Position numbers and translations under genes: made by a program. This document shows, piece after piece, positions 23,793 to 33,964 of a stretch of 61,916 nt of DNA; within the stretch, counting starts at the first letter, position 1, and each line of letters starts with the position of its first letter. The DNA lies in IMG/VR virus record IMGVR_UViG_3300032242_001185, positions 1 to 61,916 of that record; one strand, 5' to 3'. Below the pieces are notes generated by a model. The model was not told the DNA's origin. It worked only from the letters and a program-made list of their open reading frames with translations, and did not search any database. The stretch comes from a virus. Its lineage: Duplodnaviria; Caudoviricetes.

Positions 23793-24837
23793 CTTCTGTT
23801 CCTCCTACGAAACTGTCTGGAGTTGACAAAACTTTTTCACGCAACTCTTCAAACAAGTCTACTTCCTCACGAACAGAGTTAGCAAACGCCTCCACGCCGT
23901 TCCATTTACGGTCAGCATAGTAAATCCATCCGCCCTTACGTTCTACAAGGTTTTTAACAATAGCCATAGCGGCAACTTCTTTAGCAGTATCAAAATCACC
24001 TGCAGAAAAAATTGAGTGGTCCATAAAATAAAAATCAACAAATGCCACCTGTGATGGTGGGGCAGTCTTATTCTTCAAGTTACGGATAGCAATGGTTTGT
24101 CCAATGCGGGTTTTATTCCCTGAAGGTCCAGTTTCAAGGTATTCTTTACGGCGAATTTCTGAACGAGTAAAGTATGCGTAATCTTTACCTTGACCGCCAG
24201 GGGTTGTGCGAGGGTCACCATGCATGACGCCAATCTTCATGCGGTACTGGTTAATGATTAGCCCAAGGATAGGTCGTTCGTTTTCAATTAGGCTACGCTT
24301 CATAGCGGCTCCAGCCTTACGGAAGAACTTGTTAGTAATAAGAGCGCCTCGACCCACGGTCATTTCATCCATGGTTTTTTCGTCTTCAGGACCTGGGACT
24401 AGGGCAGGAAGAGAGTCAATAACGATAGCGTCAACAGATTTCGATTCAGCAAAAGCAATAACCGCATCATACGCTTCCTCCATAATGTTGGTTTCAATAA
24501 CAATAACACGGTCAAGGTCTACACCACACATTACTGCATAGTCTGGCACCCATTGTTCTGCGGCAACCCAGACGGCTGTGTACTCTGGGTCTTTTGACAT
24601 GTTGGCTGCAATGGTTTTGAGGGCGATAGCAGTTTTGCCGTGAGAAGGCTCACCAACGAGTTCGTTCCACTGGTTTGTAGGGAAACCGCCGCCGAGGATG
24701 TAATCAAAAGTTGTAGAGCCTGTCGTTGCTCGTTGGATAAGGTCATCCCGAATGTCTCCTCCCATTACTACAGTGTTTTCTCCAAAGCGCTTATTAATTT
24801 GCGCCATAACCTTTTTTGCTTCGGCATTAATTGCCAT
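23785..24837 (-). CDS. recA: RecA/UvsX-like recombinase
   Basis: TGS..FD..LGGG, Walker A GEPSHGKT, IVIDS, INQ.R.KIGVMHGDP.TTPGG and KNKTAPP. Confidence 0.92.
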   Translation of the reverse strand: MAINAEAKKVMAQINKRFGENTVVMGGDIRDDLIQRATTGSTTFDYILGGGFPTNQWNELVGEPSHGKTAIALKTIAANMSKDPEYTAVWVAAEQWVPDYAVMCGVDLDRVIVIETNIMEEAYDAVIAFAESKSVDAIVIDSLPALVPGPEDEKTMDEMTVGRGALITNKFFRKAGAAMKRSLIENERPILGLIINQYRMKIGVMHGDPRTTPGGQGKDYAYFTRSEIRRKEYLETGPSGNKTRIGQTIAIRNLKNKTAPPSQVAFVDFYFMDHSIFSAGDFDTAKEVAAMAIVKNLVERKGGWIYYADRKWNGVEAFANSVREEVDLFEELREKVLSTPDSFVGGTEDE

Positions 24838-24964
24838 TTAGTTCCTCCAAAATGTCGTAAAACGAAATGAACTCGTCACCACGCCAAAAGCCAGTGATTC
24901 CGTTATAAGTTTGTAGAACGTTTTCACGTACTAACAAAGTTGCTAGTGCTTCACGGTCAAACAT
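24827..24964 (-). CDS. Small hypothetical protein (45 aa, MFDREALA...)
   Basis: Translated by hand; SD GGAGG; bridges the gap between genes. Confidence 0.5.
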   Translation of the reverse strand: MFDREALATLLVRENVLQTYNGITGFWRGDEFISFYDILEELNGN

Positions 24965-25481
24965 GGGTTTCCTCCATTAAAGATTGAATGTTTGTCAAGT
25001 TATTAAAGTCTAATACCAAACGTTCTCCATAACCAAAGTCATGGGTGTAATGATTTGCCATAAACTCTTTGCGGCTTATCCAACCCCAAACAAGAAACCT
25101 TGGGTCTTTCCAAGACTCTGTCTTATCCTTACCGATGAACTGCACAAGGATTGCAATGTCTGATTTAAAAAGATGTGCGGCATTGAAAATAAGCGACTTT
25201 AGTGTGCTGGTTTTAACTTGCACAGTTTTGCCTTGATGAGTTAGGTCGTTGCCATCATCTCCGCCTGTGCGAACTTCCATGTCTACAGCAGTGTTAAGGA
25301 GACGTCCTACAGCCATTTCTCCAAGGTGACCAATAATGTTGATTCCTTCGGAGGTGTTGTTGCGGTCAAACATTTTGTCTGTGACATTGTGTTTAACTTT
25401 GTCTTCACGCATACGTTTGATGAAGTCTAGGCTTTGCTCTACTTCTTCAGGGGTTAGCGTAACAAGTACTGGGTTAATCAT
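24957..25481 (-). CDS. Putative PD-(D/E)XK nuclease-like protein
   Basis: G.LGE.AV...D.G.DL...VQVKT pattern. Confidence 0.55.
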   Translation of the reverse strand: MINPVLVTLTPEEVEQSLDFIKRMREDKVKHNVTDKMFDRNNTSEGINIIGHLGEMAVGRLLNTAVDMEVRTGGDDGNDLTHQGKTVQVKTSTLKSLIFNAAHLFKSDIAILVQFIGKDKTESWKDPRFLVWGWISRKEFMANHYTHDFGYGERLVLDFNNLTNIQSLMEETHV

Positions 25482-25867
25482 TAGTTAATCCTTCCGATGA
25501 TTCCTTGCGGGTTCCAGTTGTTTTGTACATCGTTGCCTGAGGCTTGTTTAGTCGAGCCTTCAACGTGTGCGCCAGCAAGCGAACCATAACGACTACCTTG
25601 TTGTTCGATTGGATACCCGCAGTCAAAGCAGCGTGGTGCAGCGTTTTGAATAGCCATGTAGTTATTCGACCCGCAGTCAGGACACGAAGCAGTTTGGCGA
25701 GCAGATTGCGCTTTTTCTGCGGCGGTTTGTGACGGTTGAAAGGTTGGCATCGCCGCCATCGGTTGCTGACTTGGCGGCATAGGCACAAGGTTGGCTGGTC
25801 GAGTTTGCGGAGCGGATTGAGGTTGCTGTGGGGTTAATTTGCTTGCCCACCAATCTTGATTACTCAT
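25481..25867 (-). CDS. Zinc-ribbon protein with Pro/Gln-rich N-terminus
   Basis: CPDC...CFDC. Confidence 0.7.
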   Translation of the reverse strand: MSNQDWWASKLTPQQPQSAPQTRPANLVPMPPSQQPMAAMPTFQPSQTAAEKAQSARQTASCPDCGSNNYMAIQNAAPRCFDCGYPIEQQGSRYGSLAGAHVEGSTKQASGNDVQNNWNPQGIIGRIN

Positions 25868-26298
25868 TATTTCCTTTTTTCTACTTGAATTAATCCAAGG
25901 TCATTCATTTGGCTTACGGAACCAATAAGGAGATGTGCCATAACATCTTCTAACTGATGTTTAGTTGAAATTATCATGTCATGAAGAAACTGGTCTGTTT
26001 CAGGTGATGGGTTTTTAACCACAGGGACAGGCATTGTTGATACAAAGGCTTCAGAAAACAACGAAGCGTAACCGTACAGTAAAGGCATCAAATGACTAAT
26101 TACTTCTACCCTGCGGTCGCTTTCTTCCTCTTCTTTTTCTAACAGTTCGTCACTTAAAGGAACGCAACCCAACTCAAGACTTAACTCGTCAGCATCAGGA
26201 ACTTGTGAATCAAAAAGAAATTCTCGAAGATGTGCTTTGATTTGTTTGATGTTAGTAATTTGTTTGTACTTAGGTTTTTTCTTTTTAAACATCTTCAT
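25867..26298 (-). CDS. Hypothetical protein
   Basis: 143-aa ORF. Confidence 0.7.
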   Translation of the reverse strand: MKMFKKKKPKYKQITNIKQIKAHLREFLFDSQVPDADELSLELGCVPLSDELLEKEEEESDRRVEVISHLMPLLYGYASLFSEAFVSTMPVPVVKNPSPETDQFLHDMIISTKHQLEDVMAHLLIGSVSQMNDLGLIQVEKRK

Positions 26299-26410
26299 TT
26301 TCTTCTACCCAAGCAAAATACTTAGACGAACCACACCTGTGGCAATAATCATTACCATCGTCTTGCCCTTCTGTTGAAGAACAACTTGTGCAAATGTATA
26401 CTTCAGCCAT
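26285..26410 (-). CDS. Zinc-ribbon micro-protein (41 aa, CTSC...CHRC)
   Basis: Translated by hand; TAATG overlap with the polA stop codon. Confidence 0.6.
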   Translation of the reverse strand: MAEVYICTSCSSTEGQDDGNDYCHRCGSSKYFAWVEENEDV

Positions 26411-28476
26411 TACTTAGCCTCTCCCCATTTATCTACAATTTTTACATCAGCAATTAGTGGCACTGTAATTTCCTTAATGCGAATACCTTCCATAGAAATG
26501 CGGATAGCCCTTGCAGTTTCTTTTGCACGGTCTTCTGGAGTAATAGTGACAAGTTCGTCATGTACTGTAAGAATAACATTAATGTCTGGTTCGTCCAAGA
26601 AGCATGAGTGTGCACGGATGAGCGCAAGTTTCATAACATCAGCAGCACTACCTTGGATTACGGTGTTGAACGCTTGACGTTCGGCTCGAGCAACAGCGCC
26701 TCGCAATACTTTATCTTCGTCAGTCAACTGGCTGTAAGGTTTGTCTGGGGCTTTAAGGTTTAGTTCTGGAATGTAACGGCGACGACCAAAGATGGTTTCT
26801 ACGAATGGGGTGCGACCGCTAGATTTGGCGGCACGTACAACTTTGTCTTTGTATTTTGTAATGGATGCAAATTCGTTTTCAAAACGTTTAAGAAGTTCTT
26901 TTGCTTCTTGTAGGCTACACCCGATGGATGACGCAATTTTGTCTGGTCCTACACCGTAAGAAATAGCAAGAACAAGAACCTTACCAGCCTTACGGTCCAC
27001 ACCCATGGTGTCACCGATAGCGGTGTAAATGTCTCCGCCTTCACGATAATTTGTTACCAAACGAGGGTCGCCTGAGAATGATGCAATGATTCGGGGTTCA
27101 ATTTGCGAGTAGTCTGCAACAACTAACTTGTGCCCTGGCGGTGCAGTAAACAAGTTACGAACCAACTTGCCGTAATCTCCTGATGATGGAATGTTTTGCA
27201 GGTTAGGCTCGGAAGAACTAAATCGACCTGTCTCTGCGCCATGGGATTTAAAGTTAGTGTGAACACGACCGTTTATAAGAAGGGACTTCTTTTCTACAAC
27301 AGTTTTTTTGCCTTTAGTTTCACGCTCAATCATTCCACCTTTATAAGGGGTCACATACGTGGTCATGAGTTTGTTTAAATCTGCGTATTCAAGTAGTGCA
27401 TCTACTAAGTCGTCTTTGCCACGGAAGTACTCTAAGGCTTCTGCACCTGTTGAATAGTGGGTTGAAAGAGTTTCTTCTCCACGCTTTGCGGCTTCAACAC
27501 CTTTTTCTGTCAATACGGTTTTGTTGATGTTGCCGTTGATGCGAGCGGGCGGAACAAGTCGTGCAGGTTTTCCGTTAACACTGGTAAACAATAGCCTTTG
27601 TTTTTCGGCAACTGAGTTGATAGCAAATGCTTCACCAGTAACTTTAAACGCTTTGGCTTTGGCGGCTTCTTTGTCTTCACCAATTTGTTCGGCAAGACTG
27701 TCCAACATTTTAGTGTCGATGTATGCGCCTGTAAGTTCCATGTCACAAAGAACAGCAAGAACATCCATTTCTAACTTCCAAACTTTTTGAAGGTTGTCAG
27801 TAATTTGTTCTTGCAAAACTTCGTATAGTTTCCAAGTTAACTCTGCATCAATGCCAGAGTAATTTGCAACAACACTAAAGGAGTGCAGAGCAACATTTTC
27901 TCCAACACCTTTTTCCATTTCAACATCAAGTTCACGTTTGACACATTCTTTGAGGCTTAACCCACCAAGTCTGGTAGCCAAGTTGTTGATAATAAACGAG
28001 GCGGTCATAGTGTCAAAGTATGGTTTAGATGGGACTACGCCACGATAATACTTAGCGACAGACTTCAAATCAAATTTTGCGTTGTGAGCAATCTTTAATT
28101 GGTCACTAAACATTAGCGGTTTAATTGCGTCAAAAACTTGACGTGGAGTTAGTTGTTCTGGGGCTTCACTAAAACGGGCAACCCATTTGCGCTGGTCGTT
28201 GCTGTAATGTGCTTCGGTAATTTCTTTACCCGCCACAAGGCGGCGTTGACCTTCAATAAGTAATGGCTTGTCGTAGCCATCAAGTTCACCGTTTGGGTGA
28301 CCCATAGGTATGACATCTGTGCGACCATTTGTCGCAAAAGAAATCCAGCACACGTCATTAATGACTGGGTATAGGCGATTTTCGCCAATGGTTTCTACGT
28401 CAAACGCAAAAGCGTCAACGGTCAAATAGTGGTCAACAAACTCTTGGAGTTGTTCTTTGGTGGTAATGATGTTCAT
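26410..28476 (-). CDS. polA: Family A DNA polymerase (3'-5' exonuclease plus polymerase domains)
   Basis: FDVET, HNAKFD, TGRFSS..PNLQN, ADYSQIEPR, K....AISYG, QGSAAD and VHDE. Confidence 0.95.
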   Translation of the reverse strand: MNIITTKEQLQEFVDHYLTVDAFAFDVETIGENRLYPVINDVCWISFATNGRTDVIPMGHPNGELDGYDKPLLIEGQRRLVAGKEITEAHYSNDQRKWVARFSEAPEQLTPRQVFDAIKPLMFSDQLKIAHNAKFDLKSVAKYYRGVVPSKPYFDTMTASFIINNLATRLGGLSLKECVKRELDVEMEKGVGENVALHSFSVVANYSGIDAELTWKLYEVLQEQITDNLQKVWKLEMDVLAVLCDMELTGAYIDTKMLDSLAEQIGEDKEAAKAKAFKVTGEAFAINSVAEKQRLLFTSVNGKPARLVPPARINGNINKTVLTEKGVEAAKRGEETLSTHYSTGAEALEYFRGKDDLVDALLEYADLNKLMTTYVTPYKGGMIERETKGKKTVVEKKSLLINGRVHTNFKSHGAETGRFSSSEPNLQNIPSSGDYGKLVRNLFTAPPGHKLVVADYSQIEPRIIASFSGDPRLVTNYREGGDIYTAIGDTMGVDRKAGKVLVLAISYGVGPDKIASSIGCSLQEAKELLKRFENEFASITKYKDKVVRAAKSSGRTPFVETIFGRRRYIPELNLKAPDKPYSQLTDEDKVLRGAVARAERQAFNTVIQGSAADVMKLALIRAHSCFLDEPDINVILTVHDELVTITPEDRAKETARAIRISMEGIRIKEITVPLIADVKIVDKWGEAK

Positions 28477-28492
28477 TATGCCCCGAGGTGTT

Positions 28493-28531
28493 AAAAGGGG
28501 GTAAGTCGGAGAAGGAAACCGACTTACCCCC
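28493..28531 (-). terminator. Rho-independent terminator after the SSB gene
   Basis: Perfect 13-bp stem GGGGGTAAGTCGG/CCGACTTACCCCC followed by TTTT on the - strand. Confidence 0.85.
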
Positions 28532-28544
28532 TAGAGTGAGATGA

Positions 28545-29198
28545 TTAGGAGTTAATCTGGCGTGCGAGTTTCAGCAGTTCCTCACGGGGGCTGACAAACA
28601 CTGCCGAATCATCGTACCTAACTGCGCTTTCCATTGCAGTTTCAATTTCCTCAACATCAAGTTCCCACTCTTCGGCAAGGTCCATCGCCTTAACACGCTC
28701 AACAATGTATTGCGTGGTAGTAGCGGTGCCCTGACGGGAGATTGCCCAGTAGTACTTAGACAGGGGACCTGTCTTAGCATCCTCGTTCTTGGAACGAAGA
28801 ATCTTAAACAGGGTTGGGGTTGCACTTAGCAACTGAACGTTTGGCTCTTCGTCTGTAACTACCAGAACGTTGAACACGAAACGTGGGCGGGGCTGGTCTC
28901 CAGCAATGGTGCACAGTGGGCAGTCCTCGCCAAGGCAGACGAACGAACGCTTACCTTCGGTGCGGTTAATCCAGTGCTGCTCGTAGACCATGAAAGGACC
29001 ATCGCCAAGGAAACGAACCAATTGTGGCTGTTCCTTAATTTTAAGGTCCACAGCAAATGATGATGCGTCCTTCTTAGGCTTTAGGTACTTGTCTGCAGCA
29101 TCCCAACCTGACTGCACAGTGGTGCCGTGCTTGGCTGGAATGTTTTCATCTTCGTCAACGAAATAGCCGTTGGCGTTTACACTTGGGTCATTGACCAT
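28545..29198 (-). CDS. Single-stranded DNA-binding protein (gp32-like)
   Basis: RFL...QHW...C...CPLC...R.G....T.Y pattern; adjacent to polA. Confidence 0.7.
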   Translation of the reverse strand: MVNDPSVNANGYFVDEDENIPAKHGTTVQSGWDAADKYLKPKKDASSFAVDLKIKEQPQLVRFLGDGPFMVYEQHWINRTEGKRSFVCLGEDCPLCTIAGDQPRPRFVFNVLVVTDEEPNVQLLSATPTLFKILRSKNEDAKTGPLSKYYWAISRQGTATTTQYIVERVKAMDLAEEWELDVEEIETAMESAVRYDDSAVFVSPREELLKLARQINS

Positions 29199-29232
29199 GG
29201 TGTGGTGTCTCCTTGTTAGGTATTAATCGGTA

Positions 29233-29715
29233 TTAATTGGTTTGATTTAATTGCTGTTTCCAACGGCGGACAATGTCATCCGTCAGACTTTGGTACTGTT
29301 TCCACTCTACACGAGCAGAACCAATAAGTCCACGTTTTGAGAATTCATCAATAGCAATCTCAATAAGTGGTCGTGTATAAACACGATTTCCACTTACCTT
29401 TTTACCATTCAAACTCTTTGAACGCAAACGGTAGGGAGCGCCAGGGATGTACCCTTTTTTCTCCCATAGACGAATGGTGACAATTTCTTTCTCTAATGCC
29501 TGTGCAAGTGCACCGATAGTAAAGAGTTCTGTCTCCACTCCTTTGACAAGTTTAAGGATAGGATTTTCATCCCAACCATTTGACTCGCCTAAGATTTTCT
29601 TTTTACGCTTTGTCGCAACCTCAGTTACTTCACGGCGTGGTTTCTTTGAGCCAGGTACACGGTCAAGACCCTCAAATGACTTGAGGATGTCTGCTTCCGA
29701 ACGTATAGGCTTCAA
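29233..29715 (-). CDS. MerR-like HTH DNA-binding protein
   Basis: FTIGALA...TIRLWEKKGYIP...R.YT. Confidence 0.75.
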   Translation of the reverse strand: MKPIRSEADILKSFEGLDRVPGSKKPRREVTEVATKRKKKILGESNGWDENPILKLVKGVETELFTIGALAQALEKEIVTIRLWEKKGYIPGAPYRLRSKSLNGKKVSGNRVYTRPLIEIAIDEFSKRGLIGSARVEWKQYQSLTDDIVRRWKQQLNQTN

Positions 29716-29717
29716 AA

Positions 29718-30161
29718 CTACTTCTTAAGAATGTCTAGTGCCCAAATTACAGTAGTTGGGAACATCTCGTCAAGTTGGTCTTCTGTAATTTTCTCTTCGT
29801 AGTATGCAGACATAAGTGCACCTTCGTTGATGACACGTTTCATTTCGTAAACGTCATCTGCGATACCAGCGGTTTCGATGATAGTTTCAGCAAGTTCTTC
29901 GTTAAGAGTGCGTTTTGCACGGCGAGTCTTTTGTACTCGTTGCACTTCACCAATTGGGTGGTCGAGGTAAAGGCTAACACTGCCAGCAGTGTCTTCAGTT
30001 CCTTCATTTTCGATGTGTGCAAAAATCTTTGCTTTAAGTTCTTTTTGACGTGCTTCCATTACTGACATGGATGCTTTAAGTTTTACGTATTCGTTTACCT
30101 GTGACTGTAGGTCTTCAGGGTCTGAAAAACGTACGCCTTTTTCTTCGACTCGATTAGCCAT
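29718..30161 (-). CDS. Hypothetical protein (N-terminal coiled coil)
   Basis: 147-aa ORF; SD GGAGG. Confidence 0.7.
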   Translation of the reverse strand: MANRVEEKGVRFSDPEDLQSQVNEYVKLKASMSVMEARQKELKAKIFAHIENEGTEDTAGSVSLYLDHPIGEVQRVQKTRRAKRTLNEELAETIIETAGIADDVYEMKRVINEGALMSAYYEEKITEDQLDEMFPTTVIWALDILKK

Positions 30162-30173
30162 TTTTCCTCCGTG

Positions 30174-31721
30174 CTATTTGCCAGATAAGAAGTTAATCAG
30201 ACTTCCTACCGTCATGTCAACACCCCCAGCAGAATTAATTCCTTTGCCATCCAAAACTGCGTTGGCTATGGACTTCTTTTGCTGAAGCATGTCGTACTGT
30301 CTTTGTTCAATTGATTCTTTAATAAGAATGTCTTGAATAGTAATACTAGTCCATTCCGAGGACGTTCTATTAATTCGACCATTTCTTTGAACGGATAAGC
30401 CCGCAGACCATGGTTGGTCATAGTTTAACAACAAGTTTGCTTGAGGCAAATCTACACCATAACCACCAGCATCGCTAGACACCAAAACTCTAATGTGGCT
30501 TCTTGTTTGAAATTTTACTTTAGCGTCTTCTTTTTTGACAGCGTTCATTTCGCCAGTGTATGCGACTGCGCCAAAACCTTTGGCGTTTAGTTTTTCTACA
30601 AGTTCGTCAACTGAGCGTAAATACGATGTAAACACTACCGCTTTGTAACTTTCGTCAATGTTTAGATGGTCAGATAAATAAACCATGGCAGCATCAAGTT
30701 TTGGTGTTTTTGTAATTCCGTGCAACATGTCACCTAGAGAGTGAATGTATGCGCTTCCTTTACCTGTGTGGGCTTGAAAGTTTTCGTAACTGTCTAACAA
30801 CACATGTGGGCTAGAACATAACATTCTCAGTGCTCCAATACGGGACATAATTTCTCCACGCATTTGGTTTGCAGGGTCGCCTGGGTCAAAGGTTTGTCCG
30901 TAGTGTGCGGCAAGATTAAAGTTTTTACCAAATAGTTCTTTGGCATCGTAAAGTATTTGCAAAAGGTCGTTGGCAATGTGTCTATACAAATGTATAGACG
31001 CTTTATCTAGTTGGACAAGTATTGGTTCTCTGTAGAACGCTTCGGGTAGGTATGGTGCTACGTCTTCATCTTTTTGTGATTTTCTAACAGAATGTTTGAC
31101 AAGCACTTGATGCAAAGTTGGTAAGTTTCGGTATTTGTCTACTCCACCAAAATGATTTCTGACAATAAATGTTTTATCAAAAATGTCAAACCTGCCAAGT
31201 ACGGTGGAATCTACAAATTGCATGATGGAAAAGATTTCTTCAGGTTTTCCGTTTTCAATTGGGGTTCCTGTTAAAGCAAATTTGATTTCGACTTTTTTGG
31301 CGAGGTCTTTGACTCGCTTGGCTCTTTTTGCTTTAAAGCCTTTGATGGCTGTGGCTTCATCACACACGATGGCATCAAAATGAAAGTTTTTGATTAACTC
31401 CCAGTCATTGACTACTTGTTCGTAGTTCATGATGACGTAGTCGTGGTCTAGTATTTGTTCAAATTGTTTTTTTCGTACTGTGGCTGTGCCGTCTATTACT
31501 AGCGATGTGCTGTCAGAAAATTTAGCAATTTCTTTTTGCCACTGAAACTTTAAACTAGCAAGGCAAAGAACAAGAGTAAGTTTTGGTTTAAGTTCTTCAA
31601 TTGCCGCAATGGTCATTGGGGTTTTTCCCAAACCCATTTCGTAAGCCACAAGGATGCGACGCTGTGCAACCATCTTATCGACTGCTTCAACCTGATACGG
31701 TTTTAGCGTCCCCTTGAACAT
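30174..31721 (-). CDS. SNF2-family (SF2) helicase
   Basis: LKPYQ, EMGLGKT, DEAT, LTGTPIEN, G.GVDL and QRNGRINR. Confidence 0.9.
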   Translation of the reverse strand: MFKGTLKPYQVEAVDKMVAQRRILVAYEMGLGKTPMTIAAIEELKPKLTLVLCLASLKFQWQKEIAKFSDSTSLVIDGTATVRKKQFEQILDHDYVIMNYEQVVNDWELIKNFHFDAIVCDEATAIKGFKAKRAKRVKDLAKKVEIKFALTGTPIENGKPEEIFSIMQFVDSTVLGRFDIFDKTFIVRNHFGGVDKYRNLPTLHQVLVKHSVRKSQKDEDVAPYLPEAFYREPILVQLDKASIHLYRHIANDLLQILYDAKELFGKNFNLAAHYGQTFDPGDPANQMRGEIMSRIGALRMLCSSPHVLLDSYENFQAHTGKGSAYIHSLGDMLHGITKTPKLDAAMVYLSDHLNIDESYKAVVFTSYLRSVDELVEKLNAKGFGAVAYTGEMNAVKKEDAKVKFQTRSHIRVLVSSDAGGYGVDLPQANLLLNYDQPWSAGLSVQRNGRINRTSSEWTSITIQDILIKESIEQRQYDMLQQKKSIANAVLDGKGINSAGGVDMTVGSLINFLSGK

Positions 31722-32694
31722 AGGCTTGTTCTCCAAAAAGTGATGACACGGCGTTATTTACTCCCCAACGAATTTCTTCGTCAGTCATGTCGCCAGGGTC
31801 TTTCTTATTTGTATCACCATAATTAAAGAAAAACAGGTTCAACCCGTACTTCCTAGCCCACTCCAGCATCTCCTTGCTGGCTTTGCGACCAGCGGAATCA
31901 ATGTTGGGATTATCAAAAGCAGCAATAATTTTGTCTGAGTAACGTAAAAGTTTTACTTGGTCTTCTGATAAAGATGACCCACAGATTGCTACAGCGCCAG
32001 TGATACCAGCACTGTCAATACGCACGCAATCGAGAGGAGACTCAACGACAATAGCCAAGGATTCATTTTGGTTCTCAATTCCGAATAATGTTTTTGATTT
32101 AGGTAGCCCTGTTGGACGGTTAAAGAATGTGCGGTCAACTGTGCCTTTTTCTTGCCAGCCAATTAACTTGTTAAAGTGAGGTTCTCGTAATGGAAGAACC
32201 CATGCTTGTTTGTTTTTGTTCCACATAACATTGTATTTTGTTATGGAAGTTTCCTTTAAGTTACGTGCTTTTAGTTGTTCTGTCGGAGGTTCAACAAACA
32301 CCGCAAGGCGTGCTTCCGACATCTCCAAAGGCTTTGGTACACCCTTAAAATAGTTTGGTAAGGCGTTTAGTTGTTCCAATAATGTTTCTACGGAAACATC
32401 TGCACTAAGTTTTAACCACTCTTTTGCGGCTTCGTAGTCGTATGCTTCAACATTGTTCCATGTGATGTGGAAGTCTTTGACATCGCAAACCAACTGCAAC
32501 AAGTTGCCTTTGTATCCGCAGGAAAAACAAAGATGCATACCTGTGGACAAATTAATCCACCATGATGGGGAGTTGTCTGCTTTACCTGTTCGGGCAAAGT
32601 GCATTGGGCATAGGGCATTAGCCTCGTAGGCTCGAGTGTCGTAATCTACGCCCAGTGAATCTAAGGCTGAAACAACATCAAATGTAATGTGCAT
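31687..32694 (-). CDS. dnaG: DNA primase (CHC2 zinc finger plus TOPRIM)
   Basis: CPMH...CFSC; VESPLD; FDN..D; KDPGD. Confidence 0.88.
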   Translation of the reverse strand: MHITFDVVSALDSLGVDYDTRAYEANALCPMHFARTGKADNSPSWWINLSTGMHLCFSCGYKGNLLQLVCDVKDFHITWNNVEAYDYEAAKEWLKLSADVSVETLLEQLNALPNYFKGVPKPLEMSEARLAVFVEPPTEQLKARNLKETSITKYNVMWNKNKQAWVLPLREPHFNKLIGWQEKGTVDRTFFNRPTGLPKSKTLFGIENQNESLAIVVESPLDCVRIDSAGITGAVAICGSSLSEDQVKLLRYSDKIIAAFDNPNIDSAGRKASKEMLEWARKYGLNLFFFNYGDTNKKDPGDMTDEEIRWGVNNAVSSLFGEQAYVQGDAKTVSG

Positions 32695-33944
32695 TAGATT
32701 GACCACGCAGTGCAGAACTTACAGCCAGCCTTTTTAGAATCATCGTGGAAACAACCTGTGTCCCAATCCCAAGTGATGCTGCCCGTGCTAGGTGGGCAGT
32801 TACGTGATTGAACAATACCCAAAATGCGTTCGGTGTCGTTCTCTTCGTCAATGCGTTCCAATCCAAGGATTACATCTGAGTCTTGGAAGAACGATGACGA
32901 GTAACCGATTGAGTCAGCGGAAACTTTGCCGCCTTTCATTTTCCAAAGAAGAGTCTGGGTGGTAATGACCACTGGAATGTTCATTTTCTGGGCTACACGC
33001 TTTAGACCACGAGTAATGTTGGTCAACGCTTGTGGAGTGTTAGCATCGCCTGTGACTTGGTCAAGCATCAGATACACACCGTCAATAAACAAAATGTCGG
33101 GGTTTAGTTGTTCTGCTTTGGCAACAATAGAGTCAATGGTCAAACCGTTCACAGCGTCAACAAGGTGGAACGGAATCTGTTTCGGCATTTCAGCCAACAA
33201 CTCTTTGTAGCGTTCTTCCTCTTTCTTGTTTAGTTTTCCGTTACGCAAACGGGTAGAAGAAATGTTTGCACGCATCGAGTCGTGGCGCTGAGTCTGTTCG
33301 TGGTTGTTCATTTCAAACGATTGGAACATTGGAATCTTGCCAGCCTTGTGAACGTTAATTGCCATAGCCAGAGCAATCTGTGACTTACCAGTTTTTGGTG
33401 GGGCAATAATTGTAATCAACTGTCCACCCTGCAATCCAGCGGTGGCTTCGTCAATCTTTTCAAAGCCTGTGGGGATGCCCAAAAACTTGTGGTTCTGCAG
33501 GTTTTCATACTCTTCAAAACGCTGGTCTGAGTTAACAGTCAAGTCCACGTGGGTTGTGCCAATAACGCCCTGAGAGTTTACCTCTGTGACAGTTTTAGAC
33601 ATTTCGGACAATGCGGCTTCATGGTCGTTCTGCGACATTTTCAACATAACATCTTGCAGACCGTTACGGGTCATCATGTTGCGCCGAAAGTTAACCATCG
33701 TATCAATCAAATAGTCCATGGACTCTTCGATGTTGTACATGGTGAAGTTAGGGAAGTTGTCCTTAACTGTTTCAGGTGTTGGAACTACACGATAGTTAGC
33801 GTAGTGTTCACGAATAAACTTCCATACACGGCGCAAATCGTCATCCAAAAACCAGTCATCTTTAATACCCTGCTCAATTACAGGAATGATTACACGGTCA
33901 CGAATAACTTTGCTTACAAGCCGTTGTTCGTTATCTAAAGCCAT
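32694..33944 (-). CDS. dnaB: DnaB-like replicative helicase
   Basis: GIPTGF..ID, APPKTGKS, SFEM, FIDG.YL and QDSD. Confidence 0.9.
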   Translation of the reverse strand: MALDNEQRLVSKVIRDRVIIPVIEQGIKDDWFLDDDLRRVWKFIREHYANYRVVPTPETVKDNFPNFTMYNIEESMDYLIDTMVNFRRNMMTRNGLQDVMLKMSQNDHEAALSEMSKTVTEVNSQGVIGTTHVDLTVNSDQRFEEYENLQNHKFLGIPTGFEKIDEATAGLQGGQLITIIAPPKTGKSQIALAMAINVHKAGKIPMFQSFEMNNHEQTQRHDSMRANISSTRLRNGKLNKKEEERYKELLAEMPKQIPFHLVDAVNGLTIDSIVAKAEQLNPDILFIDGVYLMLDQVTGDANTPQALTNITRGLKRVAQKMNIPVVITTQTLLWKMKGGKVSADSIGYSSSFFQDSDVILGLERIDEENDTERILGIVQSRNCPPSTGSITWDWDTGCFHDDSKKAGCKFCTAWSI

Positions 33945-33964
33945 GATGCCCTTCTTCTTTTGTA

